The notes beneath the pieces were generated by a model, which saw nothing but the letters and a program-made list of their open reading frames with translations, did not search any database and had not been told where the DNA came from. A program made the translations under genes and the position numbers. A DNA stretch of 64,000 nt from Trichoplax adhaerens. Its lineage: Eukaryota > Animalia > Placozoa. Each line of letters starts with the position of its first letter. Position 1 is the first letter of the stretch. Location of the stretch: assembly GCF_000150275.1 (NCBI RefSeq), contig NW_002060944.1:9014159-9078158 (forward strand). Direction: 5' to 3'. Shown in pieces: positions 14,801 through 27,800 of the stretch.

Positions 14801-14820
14801 TTTTTTTTTCGGTGTTCTAA
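5868..14820 (+). CDS. STAT: STAT family transcription factor, 24 coding exons, about 730 aa
   Basis: Hand-spliced, phase-consistent exons (approx.): 5868-5995, 6446-6560, 6967-7044, 7810-7905, 7994-8162, 8539-8609, 9139-9299, 9426-9477, 9547-9653, 9773-9841, 9947-10006, 10120-10155, 10287-10371, 10609-10662, 11171-11218, 11363-11437, 11664-11756, 12303-12438, 12780-12844, 13060-13184, 13306-13430, 13546-13620, 14062-14131, 14720-14820. Motifs occur in STAT order: N-domain FYDQYNFPIEIRIRFNNWIQE and EDQFVALYNLNKNLKTLQDLFQSRP; coiled coil LRPWKMSQ...LDVIQ; DNA-binding domain SIIVSIQPIRVIKVDNKF, LTAHFRDW, LVTEKK, SLPIILTVNSNQTPSAWGTIIWD; linker PDEVPW, TFWKWLYGILEML, LWKNGHIVGF; SH2 PGTFLIRFS; phosphotyrosine tail DDGYDSRFRV, then stop. 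Confidence 0.93.
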
Positions 14821-14908
14821 AAACTAAACTTGCAATGATGAGCTCATCTTAAACATCGTATATTGCTAATATTAGACACCCTTTAGTTGTTACTGCTCGA
14901 TATGGCAG

Positions 14909-15538
14909 TGTGACAGTGTTATATACTGTATTAGAGTAGAAATATCTATGTTAGGATAATTCTCTTAACCTATCCTTATTTAGTTAACTTCTAATTTGGA
15001 TAAACTGTGTTTTAATATAGCACTGACTTTTTATGACAGTGACACTTATACATATACTGAAATTAATAGTTATAATAGGGAATGCAAATCATCTACTTAC
15101 AGTTCGAATCATTGTGATTGTACCTTACTTATAGTAGATTGTAAATCATCGTGGAAATGTTCCGTGATAGGACATATCGTAATCTGACTATTGTGTATTA
15201 GTCATCAGATGTCTATGTTCGTAAATACTGATGTCTGCATTAAGGGAGCAGTAGCTAAAATTAATATCTAATTCAGTAAATGATTCCAAAGTTAATCGTA
15301 CTAACTATGACTCATGAACTACTGAGGAAGAATATATAAATGCAGTATATCGTGTAATAAAGAAGATTCTCAAACTTAGTGTTTAACGTTAAATACGATA
15401 CGTTTAAGTCTTTGTGTAGTCTGCTAGTAGAGCAAAAGTGTTTCTGATAGTGCAGATATCGTTCCTTGATACGTGGTTCAAGGAGTTGACTTATTGATCG
15501 TTTATTACGTTATCTTGTTGCAAAGCTGTTTTGTGACA
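14909..15538 (+). mobile_element. Solo-LTR-like element, family A copy 2 (630 bp), 88 bp after the STAT stop codon
   Basis: TGTGACA...TGTGACA termini, TSD GGCAG (14904-14908, 15539-15543), same length as copy 1, AATAAA at about 15356. Confidence 0.87.
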
Positions 15539-16075
15539 GGCAGCCTTGCTAAAATATCGATTACTGATATTAGATACTATTGACTACTAACGATGGTTGA
15601 TTATTCAAGTAGAAGACATCAGTCTACAATATTGTATTTATGAAGATATACTACACTTTGCTGAGTTATCCATTAGTGGAGGAGCAATTGTATCTTAACC
15701 AGGTAGACTCGTACTGAATGATCTAATAAGAATCTCTATCCATAATTTTTTCTATCAATCATTTAATTGCAACGGTAAGAAATCTTTGAGCAGTCAATAG
15801 ATTAAACAAACTATATCTAATTACAATTCTGGATCCGTCATTTCTTTGCGTTTAAGATGCTTGCATATTAGATTTTTCATTTTGTTATGATTATGCAATG
15901 CTATCATATAATTAACTAATATATCAGCGTTATGCTTAAATGATGCTTATTAACGTCCATGTAGATTTACTTCTTCTCGATTCAATATAAAGTTGTGATT
16001 ATGCGGAATCGATCCCTCTAGAAATTAATTTAGAAATTGCTAATTAATAAAGACGCTAAATAGTAGATGAATAAG

Positions 16076-16650
16076 TTTCACGGTACGAACTACCATGAAG
16101 AGTCAAATGACTAAATTTAGTGAGCTAACATTTATGTATGGCGATAACTATTAATGCCTTACAGTGTGAACCACGGTAGTTATTATTTCCTACAGTAAAT
16201 TATGTTGCACTATAGTAAGAGTTCTCATTTAGTAACTGATGCTAATTGATTATAATTATAGTGCTATGTCTTGTGACACTTATCATTAATATTGCTAAGA
16301 TATTCAATTATAGATGATAACATAAATAATTCTGTGAATGAACAAACTGTAGTCTAATTATCTGGAATCATTCTGTAAAGGTCTACGACTATAAATATCT
16401 CTGTATTAATTTAGCTGTCCAGTATAAATTATATTTCATAATCTTATGATAACTCATTCATGCTAGCTGCTGCCAAAGGGTATTTAAGCTCGGCAGATAG
16501 CTGAATAAAATCAAAATCCTTTAGTCGCTTAACGTAGAATCTAAGGCATCTAAATTCTTATGGGATAGTTAGGAGATACTGAATCCCGTAGACTTTAGCA
16601 ATTTAAAGATTATTTTTACGATATCCTCGACATGAAGCTGGTTTGTGGCA
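16076..16650 (+). mobile_element. Solo-LTR-like element, family B
   Basis: Starts TTTCACGGTACGAACTACC, ends GAAGCTGGTTTGTGGCA, imperfect TSD ATAAG/ATAAT. The 3' third (GGGTATTTAAGC..GCTGAATAAA..TTAACGTAGAATC..GATACTGAATCCCG) is homologous to the reverse complement of 48800-49000. Confidence 0.72.
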
Positions 16651-17779
16651 ATAATTCATACGTTAACCGGAGTATTTCGAGCAATTAGCCACTACCGCAA
16701 TTAAACCGATAAATATTTATAGATAGATGCAAATAATCACTAGTATCCCAGGTTTCCCGTACAACACTTATTTAACAATAAAACTACAACATGCTTACTC
16801 ATTCAAAGAGTGATTGTACTGGCTGAACACTTGAATAAACTCCTTTAAATCCTATCCAAACTTGGTCTAAAAGCTTCGATGAGATTAAAACTGCTTTCGG
16901 ATTAGCTATTATACTAGTCTGTAGTGGCTTTCGCTAATTACTTTAGCAACGCGTGTTAAAGTTCTACAGTAATTTTGAAAGTCTGCGTAGCATAAATTAT
17001 TCTGTTATAATTCATAAAGCAATTCGCGGTCGAGCTGACTAATTAGTGGATTAGCGAGTTAGTTGTTCTGAAAGTAACTTTTATGCCAGATTGAGGATTC
17101 GTGAAATAAAATTGCTGCAGTACTTATTTAAGAAGTAATTAGGGTACTGCAGCAGCTAAGCTAATTTGTCAATGGAGTTAAGAAGATTACTACAAAGTAT
17201 CTAAAGCTCCAAGTAATAATTACGAGCAGTTGTTTTAGAATCACTGTATGTATTCGATACTAAGATAGCATACTTTATACTTAGAATGGTCTTGGATGTC
17301 AAGACCAAGCTTACAATAAAGTAATTTAAAGCTATGACTGTTGTAGGTGACTACGATATAACCGATCAAGAAATTCCAAAATTCGAAAAAAATTAGAACT
17401 TTAACAGACCTTTATACAAAGACAATCCACACAACCCTCTACAATAGATGAATACAGCTACTAGAAACAAATGCTACACAATCCAAATTTGCCTGCTTAA
17501 ATACTTTTCGTATCATTTGCAGCTACAATCTGCATAGCAACTCTCTACCTTAATTTATACATCTATGCACATTATTATTAGTAACAACGTTTTGCGACCA
17601 TCTATAATCGAATATGATTACTGCTGTGTTAATGTAGATATTAATTTAACCAGCTGAAGTACTATGAAATAGCCATATCCTAATACATGAGCTACATATC
17701 TATCTTCAATAGTGATTCAACATCCTACATTATACGCGTATGTTCATCTGCATTCTAATATATAATCTTCAGTTAAAGT

Positions 17780-17920
17780 CAATGACTATGTAATGAAAGT
17801 ATCTCATAATTAACTATCGTAGTTAAACTAAGCTCAAAGGGAAGTGAAGTCTTTCCTCATATGAGGTCATCTTCGCAATTCTTGAATACATTTCGTTAAA
17901 TCCATTTTGACAATATAATT
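17780..17920 (-). mobile_element. Possible highly decayed CR1/L2-type LINE ORF2 3' fragment
   Basis: The minus strand, across frameshifts, reads QNGF-TKCIQELRR-TSYEERL, resembling the QRRFTK.IP.L..LSYEERL motif near the end of CR1-like ORF2. It is surrounded by stops, and this is a single motif only. Confidence 0.25.
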
Positions 17921-19643
17921 AATTACAATCAGGCTAGAGTCATCAAACGGAATACTTTTCTAAAATAGAACATCATTATCTTCTACAATCCGAATCATCC
18001 TACTTAAAACATCACTATTCTTCTATTAATGTCCAGCACCATTTCCACTATTATAGTATATCATGTCAAATATAACTTGTACCACAACCAGCCAATTGGC
18101 TAATATTAGTCATCAACAACTTTTAATATACTGTAGTAGTAAACAATCATCTAATATTAGCATCGCGATAATATTTATTCTTAGTAACCTGACTATATCA
18201 AATAGAGCTAGCCTTGTAATCAAATATAGGATGCCTCGCTATAGATTATGAGCTAATAAATAAGACTTTTGAAAACATAGAAAGCTACTGTATTGTACAT
18301 CATAATAAACTTGGCTAGTAATCTAAAATCCAACACTAAGTTACGTTACAGTGGTATGAATCTGTTATAGATTACTTAATATCGTACCCTAGCGTATTAA
18401 TCTTAACTTTTAGATTTTAGTATTCTTGTTACAAGCAAATAATGATGATAAAGTCTATATGTTTTGAGTTTTAGGTCGACATTTTTGTTCGTTATCGACG
18501 ATCGCTAAATCGCTGTTAAAATGTTTCGAAAGGCATTACATTATTAAACTAATCGAACTGTAGAAATATTTTACAGTATCAATGTCACAATTTCACTTCT
18601 GCAACAAGGTAACGTACAGTAAACGTCTATAAGTAGCTACTGACTTAAACGCCCTTATACTTAACGTTAAACACAAAGCAAAATACTGTAAAGATGAAAC
18701 TTTTATTAGCAAAGATACATCTACAGCTTTTTACCACACCACTCAACTCAGATGTTCCCGTTTATATAGGAACCGTCTAATTTGTAAACAACAACAGTAT
18801 TATTATTATACCTTACTAAAAGAAACATCTCGAACTGAGATGTTCCTTACATAGCTTTTCTATCAGTATATATTTTGAATCTCTTACTCATACTTAATCT
18901 TAATCTAAGCTCGTAGGTAGTCTAATTCAACTATCATCAACTAGAACTTGAATCATCTTACTGCTTTCTATCACACAATAACAATCAATATCAAATATGT
19001 AATGAACTATCACAAACAACATCCACGTTAAGGCATTACTTATCTTACCTAGCACTACAAATATGATTATTCTCCATACTAGCTACTACTGTACTTATTA
19101 AACTATCCTAATGACAAGGCAACACCGTAACAATCAACTATAGCAGAGAAATTCAGTATCTAAGTGTAGTAAAAGGACTAAAAGTAGAGTCCTTTCTAGT
19201 TTTTTTTGTATGTAATTAGTATTATTTTACTATGCAAAATACCTAGAAAGTGATAGTGTCTTTAAGTTTTACCCTGCCAAATCATCATGTCGCCATCTTT
19301 TCTTCTTCATTATTTTACAAGGTATTATATAGATTACTATAGAAGTAGCCCTATAGAGCAAATGCCTAATCTAAAGAAAGGGCGTTTGATCGTCTATTCA
19401 AATTGTAAAGAAATTTGACTTAGTAGCAAAACCCTATCCTTAGAGAAAGGGGATTTATAACATGACGATAAAGTACTGTAATGTAGTCTATGCTCGTACA
19501 GTTACAGTACAATCTGACGCTAAAACATCAACTGTCAATACTCGCGAATACTAAGCGATACTAATGTCAGAAAAGTAGTCGTAGTAGTCATATAAATTTT
19601 TTTGATAAGCGATTACTGTGATCTTCATAAAAAGCGAATTTTT

Positions 19644-19735
19644 CCGGATTTGTGTCCGATATAGTTTTCGGATTCTGGGACCGGTCGGGTTTGTGTCCGA
19701 TATAATTTTCCTGTTTTGGAACCGGTCGGGTTTAT
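19644..19735. repeat. About 39-40 bp GC-richer tandem repeat, about 2.3 copies
   Basis: GG(A/G)TTTGTGTCCGATATA(G/A)TTTTC...GG(G/A)ACCGGTCGGGTTT is repeated. Confidence 0.7.
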
Positions 19736-21859
19736 TTTTAATTTATGTCTGAATTATAATTTTTCTGTTTTAATTTTTGGATTTTTGTTCATGAAAAATA
19801 TCGTAAGAGTTGATTTTTGAGATTTGGACATTTTGTTACGAATTTGAAACTTTGGAATTTTATGACGTGACTTGAAGTCTCATTAGGAGATTTAGTGAGG
19901 AAAATAGAAAATAAGATGGAAATTGGCAGAGGTTGTGTTGATTGCTAGGTAGTTAGAATGTTGTTTTTATGACTAAATCTTGATGTTTAAAGGTTGATTT
20001 TTAGACTTTTATAGCGTATTAATGATAGAAATTATGTTAGAAATGAATTTTGATGTATTTTTATAGTTAGCTTGTTACTTTTATAGTGTTTTGTAAGGGA
20101 ATCGTAAGGTAAATTGTGTCTGAACTTTGAATGATTTTTGTTTTCTTAAATGGTGCAAAGTAGTTTTCTAAAACGGATCTTAAGAGCGATTGGTTAGCAA
20201 ATGTTTAGTTTTAAATACCTTTGACGGCTCTACGAAGCCTATAAATGATAGTGCAATTAGAAAATTTAGAGAGCGAGTAGAAGAAGATTTTATTTGAAGA
20301 ACTTGTTGAATTTAAAAGGCCTTCGGGGTCGAATTGTCGTAAGTTAAAACGTTCTTCTTTTTGAAAGGTTGTTTGGTCGTTGACAGTTTTTAAGTCTGTC
20401 ATTTATTTTAATAATACTTAAAGCTAAGTATTTGTAAGGTTGTTCGGTTTATACTTCTCTCCATTTTTGTTTTGAAATAAATTGTTGTTCGGTTATTTCC
20501 CCAAATTTTATTTGGTGTCAAAGTATTAGCGTTAAGTCGACCGGAGTGCAACGAAAGTAGAATCAAAGTTTGTTAAAGTTTCGTAGCTTGATCTCTACAC
20601 TTTTTATTTCATTACATAAGAATGTGAAAGAGATTTGCGGTTAGATTAAATCTTTTTCCTTAATATGCATTTAGATATATTAATTATCGCCTATTGCATG
20701 CCATTGATCATGATCCTATTCATGTTACATTACTTATTGCTCTAATATATGCAAATAAATTATTAGTTTATGTTGCTTCAGTTAATTAATTGCCGTATAT
20801 GTCATGTAGAGATTTAATGGAAAGTATTAAAGCTCAACAATCAAGCCTATCTGTCTCTCATCGTTTCCTCTACAAATTTGTTATCGATAATCTTATACAC
20901 ATTATCATCATTTTTAACCTACCAATCAGTCATTTGGCGCAGTAATTTACGGAATTCTGGGTTCCATCACGCTATTTTGATTCTATCACTATACTCGCAT
21001 ACGTATAAATAAGAAACGGTGAGCTTAAAGTTTATGAAATAATATACTCTGCTAGCAGTTAATTGATTCGATACTTACATTTTATCCTAACATATGATCT
21101 CAATCATATGTATAATCTATGGCAGTAATTCTTAATGCCTTCTGTACGATTTTTGGCTAATAAATACCCTTCACAGCAAGATCATTCGAAAATTATTTTA
21201 GTTATCAGTGAAAAATAATTAAGGATGACAATTAAACAGGTATGGAACGTAGTAAGAAATCTGAAATGTATTAAAATTAATGCTATCATTGTTACGCGTC
21301 TGTAACTGAATCTTATGCAATCTTACACATGAAATATGAAGAATATTAGGAGTATCTATCTGGAATAATTACTCCATAATTAGTTAGATCGGCTATTGCA
21401 TTATGAAAGAATTTAAATAATAGTTATTTGACTAGAATAGTATTATATTCTTGCTACATCTATAGTAGCAATACTAATTGTAAATAATCGCGCAGTTATA
21501 AATTATTCATAAAGTTAAAATGGTGTGATTAAGTAGAACAATAAGCCCTAAGCAGCCATGATAAATGACTCATTTATTAATGAAATGAAATCATTAGTAA
21601 CGATAGCAACTCCTTTCAAAGCAAGGTTACCGTAGTCTAACAGAATTGATATAGTGTGAACCGTATAAAGCACATATGCTATATGCTAAATTGATGAAAT
21701 GCTATTGTCTCTTTCGTCACATTGAAAACTATTAAAGGGTGTCTCTGCTTGAATTAAATCAATTTTTCAAAATCTTCTCTTGAGAACTTTCAGCAAAAGC
21801 CAGTTTTACTACCTATACTGACTTTTAATTTGACTTAGCAAAGTACTGGATGATTCATT

Positions 21860-24800
21860 ATGATTAAGCCAAAACTAGCAAGTGATGTTGAAAATAAATT
21901 TCAGCATAAAGTTGTTAGTAGTAGTAGTAGCAAAGTTATGGAATTAGAAACTATACCTGAGAAAGAGGATCGAAATTTCTTATCAAGCCCTCCAATTAAG
22001 TTAAAATTTTTTTCTAAGTTTAACAAAACTTATCCATCAACGTTAACGAGAATTACGACTAAAAATTTCGTCGATCCTGACTTGATCCCTCTTTACCAGG
22101 TTAGCCAAAATATACTGTCTATGATATCAGAATTTGTAAGCAAACAAAGTTACGCATCAAATGAGTCATTTTCATAGACTACCTATACGAGTAGTCATTA
22201 GAGACTGATAGTTATATATCTTACACTTGATATGGTAACTCCTCTAAACAATTATGAACTAATTTGCACTGAGATTTACAAATAATTTACAATTCATTTT
22301 CTGTATTTAAAATATGTTGGTAGTAATACGATAGCGAGCCACATAGCTTATTGCCTTTCTAAAACGCCTTTTGATGGATTTTTCGATGCTTTTCCTATCA
22401 ATTAAGTATTTTATTCTACAGGATATTATTTATTCTATTACTTCAGCGACTGCAAGTATGATATTGATTTCTTTAAAAACTTATACTAATTATATGGTTA
22501 AATTCCTTTTGATTGGGAAATTACGAAATAGAATTTTATCGTAACACTTCAGCTCCCCAGCTACTATATTAAATTTTCAAGCCTAATAATGAACTCGACC
22601 TTGTTACATTCAAATATTTTAATTAACAAGCAATTATGAAGTATAAGAATTAGTATGAGCTTAAGCTTGAGATAAAATTAAAGATATTAAATCAACTCTA
22701 CTGAAAGAAAGAGTCTCTTGTATATCTTATATCGATTCAGTCTTCGTTTTTCCCAATTAATCAACTAGTTTATTCTATAGGATATTGTTTCATTAATTCA
22801 ATGGCTACAATCATGATATCAGTTTCTTTAGGAGCATATACTAGTTATATGTATAACTTTCTTTTGATTAGGAAATCACAAAATATAATCTTACCTATTC
22901 AGTCCTTTAGCTGCTATATTAAATTTCCAAGCTTGACAATAAACTCCAACTTGTTACTTTCAAACATTTTAATTACCTAGTAATTGCAGAATATTATAGC
23001 TTATATGAGCTTTAGCATAAGATAATGAAGTAAAGATAACAGATGAACATTACTTAAACAGCAATCTCTTGCACAGAAGAATAGTTTTTGAAAAATATGT
23101 TTCATAGACGAACGTTCTACATACACACACTAGAACGACACGAGAAACGAAATAGCTCTCTCAGTTTTCAATCTGTTAGCAATTAAGTCAATATTTCGTA
23201 TAATCTTTGACTTTCTAATATTTAATATACCAGTGTTACAGTGTTATAGACAGTAATATCCAGATTATAGTGGAAATATATATACATACAGCATACTAAA
23301 AGTAGTAGTTAAATTTACAGAATCGAGAATAATCTTCTTACGTTATAAATCGCTATAATTTTAACGAACTTATGGTAGATTGTAGATTATCATGGAAATG
23401 TTCCGTAACAGGACATATCGTAATCTGACTATTTCGCAGTAGTCATTAGATATCTATATTTGTAAATATTGTTGTTTTCGTTAGGTAGCTGTAGATAAAA
23501 TTAGCTTTTGATTCATTAGAAGGTTTCAATGTTAAATTAATATTACCAACTAGGATGTCTAATTATTGTAAAAGAGCATAAAAATGCTGTATATCATATA
23601 ATAAAGAGAGTTCTTAAATTAGTGTCTAACGTAAAATACGAGGCGTCTAAGTCTTTGTGCAATCTACTAGTATAGGAAAAGTGGTCCTGATAGGGTAGAC
23701 ATTTCTCCCTGATATGAGGTTCAGGGAATCGCCTTATTGATCGAACATTACGATATCTTGTTACAGAGCTGTTTGTTAACAACCAGTAACTGATTACAAT
23801 TATTTGAAATAATTACAATGATCACCTCTATCAAGTAAGGGATCTTATTGGAAAAGAGAATAACTAGAAATAATTGACTTGAAAGATTTACAAAGTACCA
23901 AATGTTCATTACTTTCATAAGTCACTGCCTCTAATGTAACAACAATCATTAAGTAAGCCATTTTTCATCAATCATAAAGGTTTAGTTTATGGAAAAAAGG
24001 GAATAGAATACGAAAATATAAGGCAGAATGATTTGCGGCCTATACGATATCATCAAATTTGACTCTATAAATCAATTCTTATCATTCTAATACTAAACCT
24101 CAAAGGCCTGATAAAACTGAAGATAGTAGAGATTATCTCAGTAGTTAATTACTTTTATAGAGATTAATAGAATTTTTTTATATTTTCTTTCATAATAACG
24201 AAATATTAATTTAAAATGTTTAACAACGCTGCTATTCATATAATGTTATCAGGCCTGTAAAACCGGAAATTCAGCAGAATTAGAAGATATTATTGGAAAA
24301 AAATACGAGCATAGACGTAAGACGTTCAAACTCGTTAATACTTTGGATGAACAACTTTTAACTCCTTTACATCATGCCACCGTCAATCAAAATCTTGATA
24401 TCATGGCTTTTCTCCTCTCTAAAGGCGCTAGTAAATATAAATTAACTTTAAATAATTTTTAGTACTAGCATTTCAGTATTGTTAACTGTAATTTTAAAAA
24501 TCCCATACGAATTTTTTATACTTTAGATATTAATGCTGTAGGCGGTAAGCTAAATAGAACTGCTCTGCTAATGGCAGTCAATTCTAATCAGTATGAAGCT
24601 GTCCGCCATCTACTGGATGAAAACGCAGATATTTTCGCTAAGGACAGTAACTATCAGCATGTCCTGCATCTTGCCGCTCAACAAGGCAATATTCCTATAA
24701 CTCGAGTATGTAGCTAGCTAAAAAAATATCTATAGGTATAACTAAGCAGTGTTACATAATTCAATTCTGCACTACCATAAATATTGTATTCAAATGGTAT

Positions 24801-27800
24801 TGAACTATATTGACTAATAATCGTAAAGTACCAGTACTAACGATAAGTTGACTTACTAGTTGATTTTCTGAAATTACTTTATAGCTTATCCTTGGTCACC
24901 TAAAGCAATTTGATCTATCCTTATTAAATACCTGTGATAACGAAGAAATGGTTCCGCTGCATTATGCAGCAGATCATTGCCATTTAGAAATTTGTCAGCT
25001 GTTGGTAAGATCTAAGTAATAATGGTTAAGATGATATCGTAATAGATTAAAATCTAAAGTTTTCAGAAGTTTTATTAAGCGTTTTTAACCTAACACTGCT
25101 TTCAAATGTAAGATTCAGCATGGAAGTGAAATATCACTTCAGGCCAAGGATGGCAGTACACCTTTACATTTAGCCGCTTATCGTAAACAAATCCATATTT
25201 CAAAGTTCTTATTATCCGTCGGTAATTATTACTCGACTAATCAATCGTGCATCATTTAATACCTTCAAACCATCAATTGACAGCTATATTTCTCTCTGCT
25301 TTATTCCTTTAGCAACTAAGCATAAAAATAATCATTTTGTGGATATTCGCGATAACGATGGTAAAACTGCTCTCTATATCGCTATTGAAATGAATCATTA
25401 CGAGGTTATAACGCATTGCTAGTATTAATACATTATTAAACAACATATTTTAACTTATTAACATTTTCTGTGGAGTAAAATATTCAATAAATCAAACGTA
25501 AATGAATGGAATATGTTTCTTTATAGATGATAAAATTATGTCTGGATCATGGAGCTAGTCCAATACAAATACAAGATATGGAAAATTTGATGTTTCAGCA
25601 GGTGAACAAATCTTTATTATTCTCATGAAATTATTCATATTAGCATTCCTAATAAACGTATACCAGCTGTTGTTTTTTGGATTAACAATAAGCATTTTAC
25701 TTTTATATTTTATATATCTAGGGCAAAACAAAGCCAATGCTACACCTTGCTGCTAATAATGGAAATATTGATATAGCCAAGTTACTTCTGAATCATGGCG
25801 CAAAAATAGATAGTCTAGACGAGGATAATTATACAGCAATGCATTATGCAGCCTTAGGAAACCATGCAGACATGATTACTTTCTTACATGAACAGGTAAT
25901 AAAGTAAACACTCTACTGTACAAATAAAATAAAGCAAATATTCCAGGGAAAGATTGAACTTTTGCTATTTTCATTTTCATTACTTATAACTCAATAGATA
26001 GCAATTTAACTATCAAAATACAGATGAAGCAATATTCACTTATAAAAATTAATTACTTAAACTGTAAGAAACTACTCTTGACTTGTTTGTTGCCCATAAA
26101 TATTTATTGATATAGAATGCGCAATGCGTATTTGTGTATGGGTTAGCTCAGAAAGTCATCCAATCATCTTTATAAATTTTACCTTTATTCCTGATTGCAT
26201 GTTTGAAAGTATTCAGGAATAGTATCTCATTTCTAATTTATTCCATTCTTCTACCGGCATATGGTACAGTAAAGTCAATCATCCATAAATATTGCCATTT
26301 GAAACACGAATCGACCCTCATATTCGTTATATAACACAATATAGCTAGAATTTAGCTGTAGGGACGCTTCCAAATTTCTTTTAAATTTGGTATTAATATA
26401 TGAAGATTTAATTATTTGCGGTATATTTGGTAGGAATGAGAATACGAATATTCCTTCACATATCTAGTATGAAAATATTCGCGATCTCAAGCTAGAAAAA
26501 GACCGAAATAATTATATTACAATTCAGCAAGTTAAATTCTAATGCAATAATCTATAATACATTATACAGGGTCTATTTTTGGATCATATCTGCAATAAAG
26601 GGACGACTCCGTTACTTTTATCCATCCAGAAGGGATACATTGAAGTATCTTGCAAACTATTAAATTTAGGTGCTAATATATCAGTGGTTGATACAGAAAA
26701 GAGGACATGCTTGCATTTCGCAATTTATTCTCCGGATACAAATATTTTGCAGATGCTGCTCAAGGTCAGTATTATTCCCTATGAGCTAGCTCTTAGCTTA
26801 CTAATTTATTTTAAAAGACAAAAAATCATTTAACCAAAGACAAATTTCTTTTCATCATATTCTAGAATGGTGCTGCATCTCTTATTAATAATCAAGATAG
26901 TAAAGGCTATACTCCTTTTCTTGCATCAGTTCGTAATAGAGATTCAAAAGTTAGTCATATTCTAGGTGGAATCTTTCGGGCTAATCGAAATAATTTTATA
27001 GTGATATTGAATCCAAATTCTCTTTGATTCGTAATTATCAATTATCGTAGGTTATGAATCTACTACTTGATCATGGCGCAAATGCAGCCACGCTGAATAA
27101 AAATGGCGATAATTTTTTGCATCTCTCTGCTATCCATGATTGTCATCATCTAATCAAACAGTCAATAAAATTTGTTAAAACTACTATTAATGTTAAAAAT
27201 AATGATGGAAAAACTCCATTACATATCGCTGCACGCCTAGGTTACAGTAAAACAGTCGAAGTTCTTCTAAGGTGTGGTGCTTACGTCAATACTTGGTGAG
27301 TATATCAAGAAAAATGCATCGTTTAAAATTTGTCAATAGATGTCAATATTTAAACTCTTTATAAATAAATTTTTCCTAAGTACAAATTGCTGCTTTTCAA
27401 TTTTACAGTCATATCATATAGTAAGCTATAATTATGTTACCCATTTAATTCTAGTGACATTATGGGGAATACTCCATTGCATGATGCAGCAGAAGCCAAT
27501 CAAATGGCCGTCGTCGAAACATTGATAGACCAGAAAGCAGCAGTTAATTACACGAATCGGAAATTGGTAAGTTTGCACACGACATAAAATTTATTCGTAA
27601 TTCTTAATTACTTAAATTAAATATTTCATAAAAGTGAAATTACACCTAGTGACTCTCAATTCATTACTCACAGAAGACTATAAATTAATTAGAACTAAGC
27701 AGAAAGTTTTAAAACGAGATCAGCGTCAGATACTGAGAGCAACTAATTTCAAAATAGTGGCTAAAAATAACTTAAGATTTGTAATTTATCTCATACTAGT

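Noticed and set aside
2485-15538. One LTR retroelement that captured the STAT gene
   Set aside because: Each repeat has its own TSD on both sides (CAAAT versus GGCAG), STAT retains 23 introns, and no PBS or gag-pol was seen. These are independent solo insertions.
20512-20525. TGGTGTCAAAGT as a retroviral primer-binding site
   Set aside because: It is not preceded by an LTR end and is not followed by gag-like sequence.
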